Origin: Blastocladiella emersonii ATCC 22665
Lineage: Eukaryota; Fungi; Blastocladiomycota
Length of the DNA stretch: 64,000 nt
NCBI GenBank assembly: GCA_025594325.1
Contig: JANHCV010000014.1
Location: forward strand, 930,001-994,000
Reading direction: 5' to 3'
Positions within the stretch are counted from its first letter, which is position 1; each line of letters begins with the position of its first letter. The notes below the pieces were generated by a model. It saw only the letters and a list, made by a program, of their open reading frames with translations. It was not told the origin of the DNA and did no database searches. The position numbers and the translations under genes were made by a program. Below, one piece after another: positions 43,493 to 55,289 of the stretch.

Positions 43493-45539
43493 CGCGCGGC
43501 GGCCGCTTCACACGCCGCAGCGCGCTGCGCGTGCACATCTGCCCCCTCAACTGCTATCCCACATTTCGCGCCGCTCATATATCGAGTACTTCCCGCCGCC
43601 GAACCTGTCGCTCAATTGGCCCCGAATTGGGTCCAGCTCAGCCCGAGTCCCTGACCCTCAATTCGCCCTGTATGAGGCTCAACTCATCAGGGTAGCTCAT
43701 ATGAAGTCAATTGTGCTGACCGATACCCATTTCAGGTCATATGGTCCCAGTTGACCGTTCCGGGTTTTGTGATGACTCTGCCCCACACCCAAGTGCCAGG
43801 CGCATAAAAGCTTTCCAGGCGGCGCAGGTTGATTCTAAGCGTTTGACTGGACCCGTTTGCGCAACGAGGGATCCAAAGACAACTTCGGGTTGCGTCAGGC
43901 GGCTTCAGGTCAAAGCGTGCGTGACACTGGGAGAATAAGCATGGTTGGGTTGAGATCAGTCGCCGGACGAAATAAGTTCGGAGCCGACGACACGCGGCTC
44001 ACGACGCAGGATGGTCGAGTAGAAGAAGACCGAGAGCCGCGTTGTGCAACGCAAGAGCGCGCGGTCGAGCTTAAGTGCTTATTCAAATACATTGCGTCAA
44101 GTGGCGGTGAGTTTCATGCTGGTATAGGGATACATTGGAGGTCGAGCGGGAGAGCGAGTGGCGTGCAGCAATCAGCGGGACGCGGTCACCAAGTTCCCCG
44201 CTGTCGACCCCACGCGGGCCAACGAGATATCGCGACGCGTCTCACCGTCTCACTGTTCATGGATCGAGCCCAGCGTTTGTGCTTGGTTGTAGCCCTGGCG
44301 ACACACCCCGCCCCCGCGAGGCCATCCACGCGCAGCTTTCGCGCGTGACGGCGCCTGGTCATAGACAATCGCGTTTTCCCTGCTGCTCATCCAGCTGAGA
44401 TTGTGCGTTAGGTGCCAATCCGCATGGCTTCGTGATTCGGTCGTGCCTCGCGTGGTTCATCGCCAGCACGTCGATCACGTGTTGCATTGGGCCGCGTTAC
44501 GAATCGCGCGCTCGCGGTCAAGTCCCGCGGCTCGCCTCCCCCTGCGCTCCCGCTCAAGGCAACCATGAAGCAATAACGCACACGACACTTGATGCAACAG
44601 CGTGTCGGCACAACACAGGCCGGGCTGCCACGCTGAGATGTGCAAGACGTCAGTTGAGGTGGAGCTCCGCGGGCCGCGCGAGTGCGCCAAAGCGCCTGCC
44701 AGTTTCACGGACGTCCGCAGTTGTGCTGCTCGTCAATGAAAACCTGCAGCTGATCTGCCGAAGCGCAAGACTCGGGTTTGTGCCCATGTCGCTTGCCAGG
44801 GTGTGCACTACGACCCGCCCATCTCGAAGGACGCTGACCCGCATACCTTGGAACCCTCGGGCACTGTGCAACTGTCTCTTTCCTGCGTCCGGGTTCACTT
44901 CAAGCTCTGGTACCGTCCTTTCGCGACTTGGCGCGGGAGGATCTCCTTATTGCAAAGACCATCTCAACGATCCGCTCCTACTCAACGTACACCTGAGCGA
45001 CCGACCCTGCTCACTCGATGTTCTCACTCACTCCTAGCGGTCGCTAGCCATACGACTGGCGCAATTGCAAGGTCCTACGACGACCGCGACCCGTGGTCGC
45101 TCGCATTCCTGCGGCCGGTCCGCGGCCGCGCCCACGCGCCGGCCCTGCGCCAGTCGCTCCCAATCTCGCTCGTTTCGCCGGCTCGGTGCCGCATGGCGCG
45201 ATCCGCGTTTTGCGCCCCAGCGAGAGGAACGTCGCGTCGTTCTCGCCCATTTGCGCGCGGGGCCGAGTCGGTTGGGGCGAGCGCTGTGCATTGGGTGGTG
45301 TAGGACCATCGGACGCGTGGGCGTGGTCGCGGATCGATTCGAGGTGCGAGGGACCGCGTGGTGGTCGTGTCGCGCGGTTGCGGCGGATCCGGGATGAAGG
45401 ATGTATCGATTCTTGCTCACTCTATCGCGCGATCCTCGCTCCACTCCCTCCGCTAGGGCCTCGCGTACGGGTCCGTCGACTGTTGGGCGTGGGATCCAGA
45501 CGCGCGTTGTGAGGACCTTGCTCGCGACCTCAGACTCGA

Positions 45540-45740
45540 CCACGTTGGACCGCGGCACCTTCTTTGTCAAGCGATACATCGAGATCTCATCGATGAGTAC
45601 AACAGGGCACGGCGTTTGCCGCCAACGCGTCAAGCTACCTGCTGATGTGGTTCATGATGGCCCCTTCGCTGCTGAACGGACTGCTTCCTCCGTGCGAGTC
45701 CAAGGTTTTACCGCACATCCAGACCCATTGGCAACACTTG
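45540..45740 (-). pseudogene. Possible PIF1-type helicase relic
   Basis: TRWRQTPCPVVLIDEISM resembles the PIF1 Walker B motif (W....LIIDEISM). A CGKT fragment lies upstream in a different frame. Confidence 0.2.
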
Positions 45741-46854
45741 TGTTCCAGGAGATTGACCGGGCCTGAGAGATCACTGCCTCTCGCACTTGATGCGAGCATG
45801 CCGACGTAGCCCAGACGCGACCTCTGCGTCGGACGCGACGCACCACACTTGTGTCGACGGACGCGCAACTGCGCTGTCCTCCCACGCTACTTCACCACCA
45901 CAACTTTTTACCAACGTAACTTGCTGCAATCGTCTTTCGACCGACCACCCTTTGTGTTCTTTGACGGCGGCTCGGTGTGATGAGGGGGTGCTCGGCTTCG
46001 CTTGGACCCAGATGAGGTGATCGAGGACGTTTGACACGCCTTGGCGCCGTACGTTCACGCGACTCGGGAAGCACGAGCTGGCCAGTTCACTGACGTTCAA
46101 CCCTACCTTGTGTCACGTTGGGTAGAGTGTGAGACATGTTTGGACCGCGATCCGCAACGCGGCGAGTCGAACGCATGCGTGCTTGTCCGAGCTGACAAGC
46201 ACATGCGCTTTACCCCCTAGCGAAGCAGCGGATCGGGCACCACCGGAAGTCCCAACTTGCCATTATGAAAACCGGACACCAACGACAAGTTCTTCGCACG
46301 GCGCCGTCGTGGCGGGTGCAAGGTTTCTCGCGAATCGCTCATGCGCGAACAGCATGTCGGGACCAAGCACACGGGCCCGCCCACGACAGCCTTTTGGAGC
46401 TAGTCGACGCGTGGCGGGTGTCCGGCGAGGCCGTCTCCGTGACTGGCAGCTTCACGGCATCGTTGGTCGCGATCAAGTTCACCGCCCCTTGCACCAAGTC
46501 TCATGACGCCCGCGGCTCCGAGTTCTCGAGTTCGATCCACGGGCGCGCCCACGTGCCGACCCGACCCCGCTCCCGCAGCACTCGCGCGCGCGGCTCGCTG
46601 GCTCGGCGCAGCAGGACACGGATCGCGTTCCGTAGTCCGGGGGAGCGTTGCGTCGCTTCCCCGCGCGATGCCGATTTAGCGAGACGCGTCGCGAGGGCGG
46701 GTCGGGTTCTCAGGCGCGTGGGCGTGGCCGCAGATCGATCGTCGAGGTTCAGTTGTCGGCGGGAGTGCGAGCTGAATACAGTGGTTCTCGTGAGATGACG
46801 TGTGCGTGTATTCGCGCGAGCGCGGTCAGGTCTCGGGCCGGTGAGCGGACGGGC

Positions 46855-47484
46855 TCAGTCGCTGCCGAACAGGCGCTGGACGCGCTTGAGGACCGAGTCT
46901 ACAGGTTGCGCGTGAGGTAAGAGTGAGCTGGGCGGCGCGAAGCAGCGAGATCCGGCGGGAAGTACCCTTGGAGGGATCGTATGGGTGGTCCTTGGACGGG
47001 ATCTCGAGGATGGTCGGGAACGCGTCCGTGTGCTCGTCGATGAGCTCGCGGATCGTCTCGGCGACCTAGACAGACGGCGCACAGCGCGGGGGCGGTCAGC
47101 AGGTGGCGTGCACCGCCGCGGCGAGAAACGGGCCCACACGCACGTGCTGGTTGATGAGGATAATGGCAATGTCGCGGCGCTTGAGCAGGTCCTGGAACGC
47201 CTCCTCGAGTTGCTGCTTGGACGTCTCTACGCGGTCGGCGGTGTGAGCAGTTGACGGAGCAGCAGCGAGTAGGTCGACGCACTCGAGTCGACGACGAAAA
47301 AGTTCTTCTTCTGCTTGGCGTCAATGTGGCCGATGCCGGCGAGCAGTAGGCCCGTCACCGAGTCCTAGCAGACCGGCCGGGCTGTCAGTTGGCCGGCAGC
47401 GGAGTGCACGAACGCGGGGCGGCGGACCTCGTCGCCGATGATGCCGATCAGGTTGCGGTCCTTGTACTGAGCAGTCGATGTCAT
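46855..47484 (-). CDS. VMA7: V-type proton ATPase subunit F, three introns
   Basis: [32 protein letters not shown], and [27 protein letters not shown]. Confidence 0.95.
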
Positions 47485-47695
47485 GGCGAGTGCGTCAAGC
47501 TATATGCGTTGCTTTGGGCCGATACACGGTCCAGAGAGGGGGGAGAAGAGCGTCGCGTCGCGCGGCGCGTCGGCGGCGTCGGACCGCTCGACCGAGCACA
47601 CGTGAGCGGCGCTCACCTTTCGCCTTTCTCGTCCGGTCCGCTGCCTTCTCTCCCCATCCCTGCACCGCCCATCGCGAGCAGCACCACGTAACTCG

Positions 47696-49359
47696 ATGCA
47701 TCAGCCCGGAAAACAGCCGAAAAAGGCCTCGGGCGCGGCTCCCGCCCGGCGGCCGCCCCCACCGGCCCCTCATGCTGGGCCGCAGGCACCGGTCGACGCG
47801 CGATCGTTCATGCCGCCGCCTGTGGCACCCGGCGCACCTGATGCGATTGCGCCGCCGCTCAAGCTCGCATACAACCCGGCGACGCACGGGACTATCATCC
47901 CCGCCGACTATATCCGCATGCTGTCCGAGTGGCTGCGCCTGTACGCCTTGGGTTGTTGGGAGATGGTGGGCCAGGGCGCTGACGTCTCCGTGTAGCCCCG
48001 TCCCCACGACGTCGACCGCGCTCATCTACTACTACCGCTTCGACCGGTTCCGCAAGGACCAGAAGTCCCTCGCACTCAACCCGGAGCTCAAGGCCATTGA
48101 TCCGCTGGTCCGTTTCTTGCACGCACACCTCCGTCCCACCACCAAACTAACCCAGCCCAAAACAGCTGTTCGCCACCACGTGCGTGTACCTGTCGACCAA
48201 GACGACCGACTGCAACCGCAAGATCCGCGACGTGCTCAACTCGGCGCACCGCGCCCTGAACCCGCACCACGGCAACCTCAAGATCGACTCGGCCTACTGG
48301 AAGTACCGCGACTCGCTGCTCTCGGCCGAGCTCGTCCTGCTGCGCAGCCTCAAGTTCGAGCTCGACGTCGACCTCGCCTACCAGCCCCTCATCGTCTACG
48401 TCCGGTACCTCTTCAACATCCACCCGCCGCTCAGCCCCGAGGCCGAGGCTGCCGCCGAGGCCAAGGCGCGGCTCGAGGCCGAGCTCGCCGCCGATAACAA
48501 CAACGGCCGCTCCCACTTCTCCTCGTCCAATTCGGTGCCGTCCTCGGCCGCGTCCTCGCCGCGGATCGCCATCAAGAGCGCCGGCCTCACCATCAAGAAG
48601 CGGCCCGCCAGCACCGACACCAACGACCTCGAAACGAACGCCGCCGCCATCGCGCGCGCCGCGCGGCACAACGCGCGGTCCGTCAAGGTCGAGCCGGACA
48701 TCGCCATCGCCGCCATCGACCACGACACCCCCGCGCGCGCAAAGCACCCGATCTCGCCCGACGCCCGGTGCGTCTTCGACATCGCGTGGGCGCTGGTCGC
48801 CGACTCGTACCTGCGGTCGTCCGCGACCAACTACGCCGCCGAAGACCTCGCCCTCGCCGCCGTCTGGATCGCACTCAAACTCGTCGCCAACCCCGGCCAG
48901 CTCCCCGTCCCCACCGACTACGTCATGCCGCCCGGCCCGCCCGACGCCGACGGGAACCCGACGCCGCCCGCCCCGCGGCCGTCGCACGTCGCTATCCCGG
49001 CGCGCCAGGCGCCCGGGCTCGACGCGCTGTGTCATAAGTTCCGACGGAGTGTGCAGGACGTGCACTCGGCCGTGTTCTGGATGATCGAGACCCACATGGC
49101 TGCGCCAAATGGGGGCGGGGGCGGGGGTGGAAGCGGCGGTGCCATGGCGGGGTCGGCGTCGGCGTCGGCGTCGTCAAGCGGGAACGGGACGCCGGCAGCA
49201 CCCGGCAGCGGTTCAGCCAGCGCGTCCCGCGGACCGACACCTGGGCGAGGCGGGAGCGGCAGCGATCACAGAAAACAGTCGCTCCGCGCATCGGCCGCTG
49301 CGGCGGCGGGACGCGGGACGCGGAACGGCGCGCCGGGTGCGGCCGTGTCGAAGCCGTAG
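47696..49359 (+). CDS. CCNQ: Transcription-type cyclin, most similar by eye to cyclin Q/M (FAM58A)
   Basis: LFATTCVYLSTK...KIRDVLNSAHRALNP...IDSAYWKYRDSLLSAELVLLRSLKF, comparable to FAM58A RDIINVS.RYFNP...LDSRFWELRDSIVQCEL.MLRVLRF. Confidence 0.7.
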
Positions 49360-50213
49360 GGTGGTACTCGGATGGCTCATGTAATTTATCAACTCAACCC
49401 CCCACTTTCAGTTGGTTTGGTGAGGGAAGTGAGTTGAAGGTCATACCCGTCCGTGCTAACGTGGATGTCGTATCGCATGAACGCGTGCTCAGAACCGGAA
49501 CGAGACCCGACAGGGACATTCCATGACCCGACTGCGTCGGCAACATCTCGAAGTGCTGACTTTGGCTGAAGCTGAGACGCGCGAGACGCGTCGCGATATC
49601 ACGTTGGGCCGCGTGCGGCCGGCGCCGCCTGCGTCCCGTTGATCTGCCAGTGCGACTCGCGCTCCCGCTCGCTCCCCAATGTATCCCTAGACTTGCATGA
49701 ATCTCTCCGCGACTGGCCGCAATGTATTCAGCATCTCATTTATGATCAACAACACGCTCTCGCGTTCGGCAACGGGACTTTCGCGCCAACCCCTCCCAAG
49801 CTCCAGTTCCGCGCGCTGCGCGTTGTCGTCTCCGCTTTCTTCCGCGCCATGTTCGCGGCCGAGTGTGAGTACCGCGGGTTGGATGCGGAGCTGTTTTTGG
49901 GCTGAGTATGACTGTTCCTTTGTCATTTTTGTTCCCATTCCTCTGTCATAAATTTTCTCAACCAATTCGCGCCGTAGAAACTCAATGGAATGTTTTCGTC
50001 GTTTCTTGCATACACGTGGTCGTACTGGAAGTGAGAGCGAAGGCTCCGCCAATGACGCGACGCGAGCCAGAATTGCGCACGCTCCAAGCGCATTGGACGC
50101 AGGTCACGTTGGTGGCGCATCGCGTCTCGCGAATAGTCTTGCACAGCTCGAGCAGTCAATGACGTGGAAGTTGTTAGTGAGAACGTGTATGATGAAATTT
50201 GAATAGAATAGCT

Positions 50214-53200
50214 CTATGCCGTGGGAAACAAAGGCAGGAGGAGTGCGCGCTTAAGCTCAGACCTGAGGTGCCCAAACGCCGCGTTCGTGCCCGGATCGGT
50301 CTTCTGGTGCTTGGTGATGTCCGGGACAGACCGATCGACCATTGCAGTTTGGCAGTAGTCCAAGTACTCGTCAATCGCGCTTGCGCGCGGGCCAGGAAAG
50401 TCGACCACGGGGAACTCCTTGACGCGGTGCACCTGGCGGAACTTGGTCTCAGCGTCTTCGAAGCGCTTGAGCATCTTCTTGACGTGGTTTCGCGTCGCTG
50501 AAGACACCGTCGCGTTGGTCGGCAGCGCTGGGATGCGGACGAAGCTGACATCGAGCGCAATCCTGAGATCCAGCGCCTTGCGCTGAGGCGGAATCAGTAC
50601 AACGCGATTCACAAAAATGACCGCCGCGAGGTTGAAGTGAAGATCGAGGACCTTGAGTACAAATGGACGGGTAAGGCACTCGTTGGCCAGGTCAACAATT
50701 CGCCTGAACAAGGTTTTGAGGGCCAGCGCGTTGCACGCGCTCAAGTTGCTGCCGTCAGCCCTGAGAATTGGGGACACCTCGAGCTCGTAATGTGGAGGCC
50801 GTTCGTCCACGGTAAACATGTTGTAGAACTGGAGCCGGACCGAGTTGAAGAGGAATCGCGAAGTAAGGGGACCACTCGCTGGATAAGGCTCGGCCGCGAA
50901 CCTCGGGGTAAGTAGACCAATGCCAAGCGAGGGAGCAACCGCCTGCGGGGAAAGCTTGACCCATACTCGCACAGCTTGGTGGCTCGACAAGTACTCGACT
51001 GCTACTGCGCGTCCTGGACACGGTAGTCTAATCCGCTGAGATTTCCCGTCAACAAACAGCGTGATATCGCCGCCGTATTGCGCAAGATCGTCCAAGGAAG
51101 CACACTTCACGCGGACCTTGTCACGATTGGACTGGGGGAGGCCCAAAATTAGCCGCGCAGAGCCAGCTTCAAGCATTGCGAGGAAGGGGGCAGGTGCCAA
51201 GGAGCCGCGCGAGCCGCATCACTTGATGCGCGCGCGGAGGCAGCAGATTTCATGATCCCACGAAGCGCGCACTGGAGCTCTGTGAGCGGGACCTGCGTCA
51301 GTTGGATAGAGTCGCAGCCAAGCTCGGTGCTAACAGCGATGGTTTCGTGGTCTTCATTGGAGTCCACGACTTTGGCCAGGTCCAGAAGCGCTGGGCCGGC
51401 AAGGAGTTGGAAACGAGTGTTTGAGGGAGAAATGTCTTCCAGTGGAGAGTACCACACCGCTTGGACGGCACCCAGAGAAACGTTGTGGGTCAAGCGAAGG
51501 TTGGAAAAGAAAGCCATTTGATCACCATTGATTTGCACAACAGAAGCGCAGGCGGCAGAGAAGGGCCATTCCGCTGCTGAAGGCGAGAGCGTAAACGTGG
51601 CCTCGACGCGGTACACGAATTCCGAATCGTGAACGACAGGATCGCGATGAAAGCCATAGACCCGTGCAAGGAGGCGAGATTCAGGGCACTGACCAAATGG
51701 GTACCGAGACAGCTCAGGGATTTGGAAGTCAGGGTTCGCATCAAAGCTCCCTTGGGGCCACGGAAGACTGGAATAGCGCGATGCACTAGACCACGCCAAA
51801 CGACCGCTCGCGAACGCGTACGCAAGCAGCTTGATAGCAAGGGCTTTCGTTTCAAATTTATCACCTAGAAACATCGCGGAAGTTGCGTTAGAAGTGGTCG
51901 TTTGGCAAAGATAGTTGTGAAAAGAAACGCGGCAGAGTGAGACGCACCTGGGAAGCATGTTCCGTCTGGATCGGAATTTGAGTTGTTGAGAACGAAATTG
52001 GCGAGCTCGCTCAACAGGAACGAAGAATCGGCAAGCGAGGCGGGGACTGCGGGAGCTGCAAGTTTGCGGAAAGTGAACTCCGGGTGAAGCCCTCGATGCG
52101 CGCCATGCTGTGTGACAGGAGCAAAGGGCCGCGTTCGTGACTGCCATTCGTCAAAGTCAAAGTCGCCAGCCTCAACAAGCGCGGGCCCAAAAAGGACTGG
52201 AAGTACGTCAACTGACACATCAAGCGCGTTTTCCAAGGCCTTGATTGCGCCTCGGTTTCCGGGACACTGTTTGTCAGATGACACGCGAATAATCGAGTGA
52301 TCGACCGCTTTCGCACTGCTGTACTTCAGGACGGCTGACCCGTGCAGGAGAAGGTTTTTGTACCCGCAGCGATTCGCGAGCATGGACGTCTCCACCACGT
52401 CAAATCGAAGCGGTGTATCCGCGGTCATCTCCTCCATGACAAGCACCGCGTCGCCGAGCACAAAAGTGATTTGACGTTGAGGCACGCCTCGAGCACCTGG
52501 CCCGAACGCAGCAGCAAGCGCGTCCGTCCATTTGCTGAGTTGGTCCGCGAAGCCGTGTGCAACGCGCTCACGGCTCACGTCCACAAAGATTCCAGCGAGC
52601 TGTGCACCCAAAATCGAGCCAAGCTTGCTCGAAACGCTGCTGAGAAAGGTCGGATTCACAACGACAGGGTTTGCGGCATCGGTTGAGCGGCTGGGCTCCA
52701 GCGAATCTGGCTGCGGAGAGGCCTGAAGCCGGCGCTGGTAGTCGCGTACAAAGCAGATTCCTTCGTCAACAAAGCGCTCGATTTCGCAATGAGCACGGGC
52801 CAAAAAGGTGGAACCAACCCGACGCTCTTTGCCGGCAAACGCGCGCAAGTGGTTCCCCGAATTGAAGATGAGAGCCTCGCGAACGGTGCCGGCTTGAGCG
52901 TCGTTGGAAGCGAATCGGTCCCATTCGAGGCGTGTATTGCTCGATGCGTCTGAGGCAAGAAGCTCTGCGCGGTAGGCGGCCTGCTCATTTGAAGAAGGAA
53001 GCGAGTCGCACAGCTCAAGCCAAATTCGCCAGCAGGCGCGAGCGGCTTGGAGCGTCACGTCGTTCATGACTCGGACCCGCAAGGAAGTTGAGAGCCAGTC
53101 GAATTCGAGGCAAGCGCGCATCCGCTCGATCCAGAAATTCAACGCGTCAGCCTCGAGGTGCTCCGAAAACCAGAGCTGTCCAATGAAGCGGTAAAGCGTT

Positions 53201-53523
53201 TTGCGATCGAGTGTCGAGTGCATGAGCGCGTGCAAGATGAGAAGCGAGCGAGCAATCGGCTCGGCATGGAGGTCGTTAAGCGTGAAGGACATGGCGGCGC
53301 GCGACCCCTTGCGCGCGGCTTCGCCGACCGTGTGGGCGACCGAACGCAGGTCGTGGAAGCCGCAGAGCAGCGCGCTGAGCTTGCGGTTGGCATCTTTGGC
53401 ATCGTGGTAGAGAAAGATGTCCGAGGCGTGCGAGTCGCAAAACGGATCGAAGTGCCCTGAGGGGTTTGCATAAAAAACCGTTGCACTGGTCTGCGTCTGG
53501 AGAAACGGCGGTGCTGACACCAT
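50214..53523 (-). CDS. DUF4470-domain protein of the fungal DUF4470(-MYND) family; one clear intron near 51866-51945, frame change near 51150-51250
   Basis: ALLCGFHDLRSVAHT, FTLNDLHAEPIARSLLIL and IGQLWFSEHL match DUF4470; downstream MFTVDER, AVIFVNRVVL and RALLLPLFP match family blocks. Confidence 0.62.
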
Positions 53524-53734
53524 TGCGGCAGGTTATTTCATGAGATTAGCATCGATCGTTCTGAGGGTGGGGGATTCCAGCGAAGGAGTTCGGCGGCGCA
53601 GAAAGAGGGGCGCACGGCCACGCGGCACACGAGATCTCTCGAACACATGATTTCAAAGCGCGCCACGAAAACTCTGAGGCGGCCAGTCGAGAAGCTTTCT
53701 CCGCAAACCTGACTCCTCAACACGAAGCTCACCC

Positions 53735-55289
53735 ATGGAACCTCATGCAACGGACGCTTCAATGCCCGCTTTACATCTGCCGGACCTCGTCCTCGAACAA
53801 ATCTTGCTCTATGCCGTCGCGCTCCACGATGACCCCTACGACACGGTCGGCCTGGCACAGTATGCTCGCGTGATGCAGGAGCACCGTATTTCCCGGGTCC
53901 ACCGCGCGATCCTCTTGGGCATGGACGTGAACATGGCCGAGGCCTCGGCGCTGGGAAACACCCTCCTTCTCGACAAATGGGTTCGGCTTGGCTTGCCAGT
54001 CGACTATTCTGGTGAGAGCCCTATGACCGCACACGACGAGCGACAGCTTGGCTCCGTCGAGTGGTGGCGGCGCTCCGGGCTCGACTCGATGCTCGATTAC
54101 GACGGGAGCGTCCCAAGTGAGGCGTTGACCACCGCGCTTGGGCTCGGCGTGCCCTTGGTCAACGAGCGCGGAGACTGGATGGTACGTGTATTGGTATTCG
54201 GCTCAATGTTTGTTCGGCAGCTCACGCACCAACTAGGGTTGCAAGAATCCACCCGTCGAGGACGCAGCGATTCACGCGGCCGCACCAGGCATCGCCGCGG
54301 GAAGCGACACCGAGCTCGTAGTCGAAGAAGCCATTGTGTCGCTTGACGGGATCCAGCAGCTCAACGACGCTCTTGCCAGTCCAACCCAAGCGCTTACTTT
54401 GCTCGCTTTCCGCTCATAAACCATCGACTTTGACCGACTCTGCGCGCTCCGGCTTCCATCTATGCTCACTACTCTCAATCTGCGCGACGCTTGGTTCCCC
54501 GATCGCGAAGCACCCGACGCACTTGTCAACTGGTCGTGGCCTCCAAAGCTCGAGTCGCTTGTCCTTGCTGACAACCCGATGCGCCGAAACTCCTCGGCTT
54601 TTCTGCAACGGCTTCCTCCTGCGCTGACCAAACTCGATCTCACGCGGTGCTGCCTCGAGGACCAAGCCTTCTGCGACGCGGTCAAAAAGCTGCCGCCGGG
54701 GCTGGAGACGCTCATGGTCGGGTCCAATTCGCTTTCCATCGACGCCGTAGTCAATGCCACCTCTTTCCTCCCGCCTTCGCTCCGCCGCTTCGATCTCTCA
54801 GGAAACCCGCTCGGCTTTCCCAACGGTGTTCCACAGCGCTACCCGGGCATACGGCGACTCCCAGCTGGGCTCGAGGAGCTCGATCTCAGTGGCGAACTTC
54901 CGCTCCTCCCTATGCTTTATCACGCGGTCATCTCGATGTTACCCGCTTCCCTTCAGGTGCTAAACTTCGAGGGCCGCGAGCTCTCGACTATCGCATTGAA
55001 CTTATACCACCAACTGCCCAAAACCATCCGCCTGCTGCGAGTTTCGTGCTCCCACTTTGACAATGGCTTCCTCACGTGCCTTGTCACGGGGTTCCCTTCT
55101 ACGCTCGCCGAATTGCACCTGCTCTCGTGTCGCAGGTTGACGATGGACGGCGTGCAGATGCTCGTTCAGCGGCTGCCGCGCGACCTCAAGAAGCTCGTCG
55201 TCACCAAGTGCAGTGATGCGGTCCTTGACGCACTGCGGACGGCCGCGGCCGCTCTACACTCGGAGGACCTTGAGGTCGCGACGAGTTAG
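53735..55289 (+). pseudogene. F-box-like + ankyrin-like + RNI-like LRR gene with a single in-frame TAA (54417-54419)
   Basis: LHLPDLVLEQILLY; SVEWWRRSG; LRRs LESLVLADNPM, LTKLDLTRCCL, LRRFDLSGNPL and LEELDLSG; intron near 54182-54236. Confidence 0.72.

Larger units (their letters stand above)
39926..43774 (+). mobile_element. Non-autonomous CACTA/Plavaka-like DNA transposon with 16-bp TIRs, subterminal AATTGG repeats and a cargo gene
   Basis: CATCACAAAACCCGGA at 39926-39941 and its exact reverse complement at 43759-43774; ACT on both flanks (39923-39925, 43775-43777); clustered (C/G)AATTG(GG) motifs inside both ends. Confidence 0.72.

Noticed and set aside
39579-43774. A single MULE/foldback element with 346-bp TIRs
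   Set aside because: There is no TSD at these outer ends (gaccgatg versus actctgcc). An internal third terminus at 39926 with matching ACT flanks explains the structure better.
7602-54419. TAA reassigned to Gln, suggested by two in-frame TAAs
   Set aside because: Conserved genes in the window end normally with TAA, TAG or TGA, and the 7602 case can also be read as a GTAAGT splice donor.
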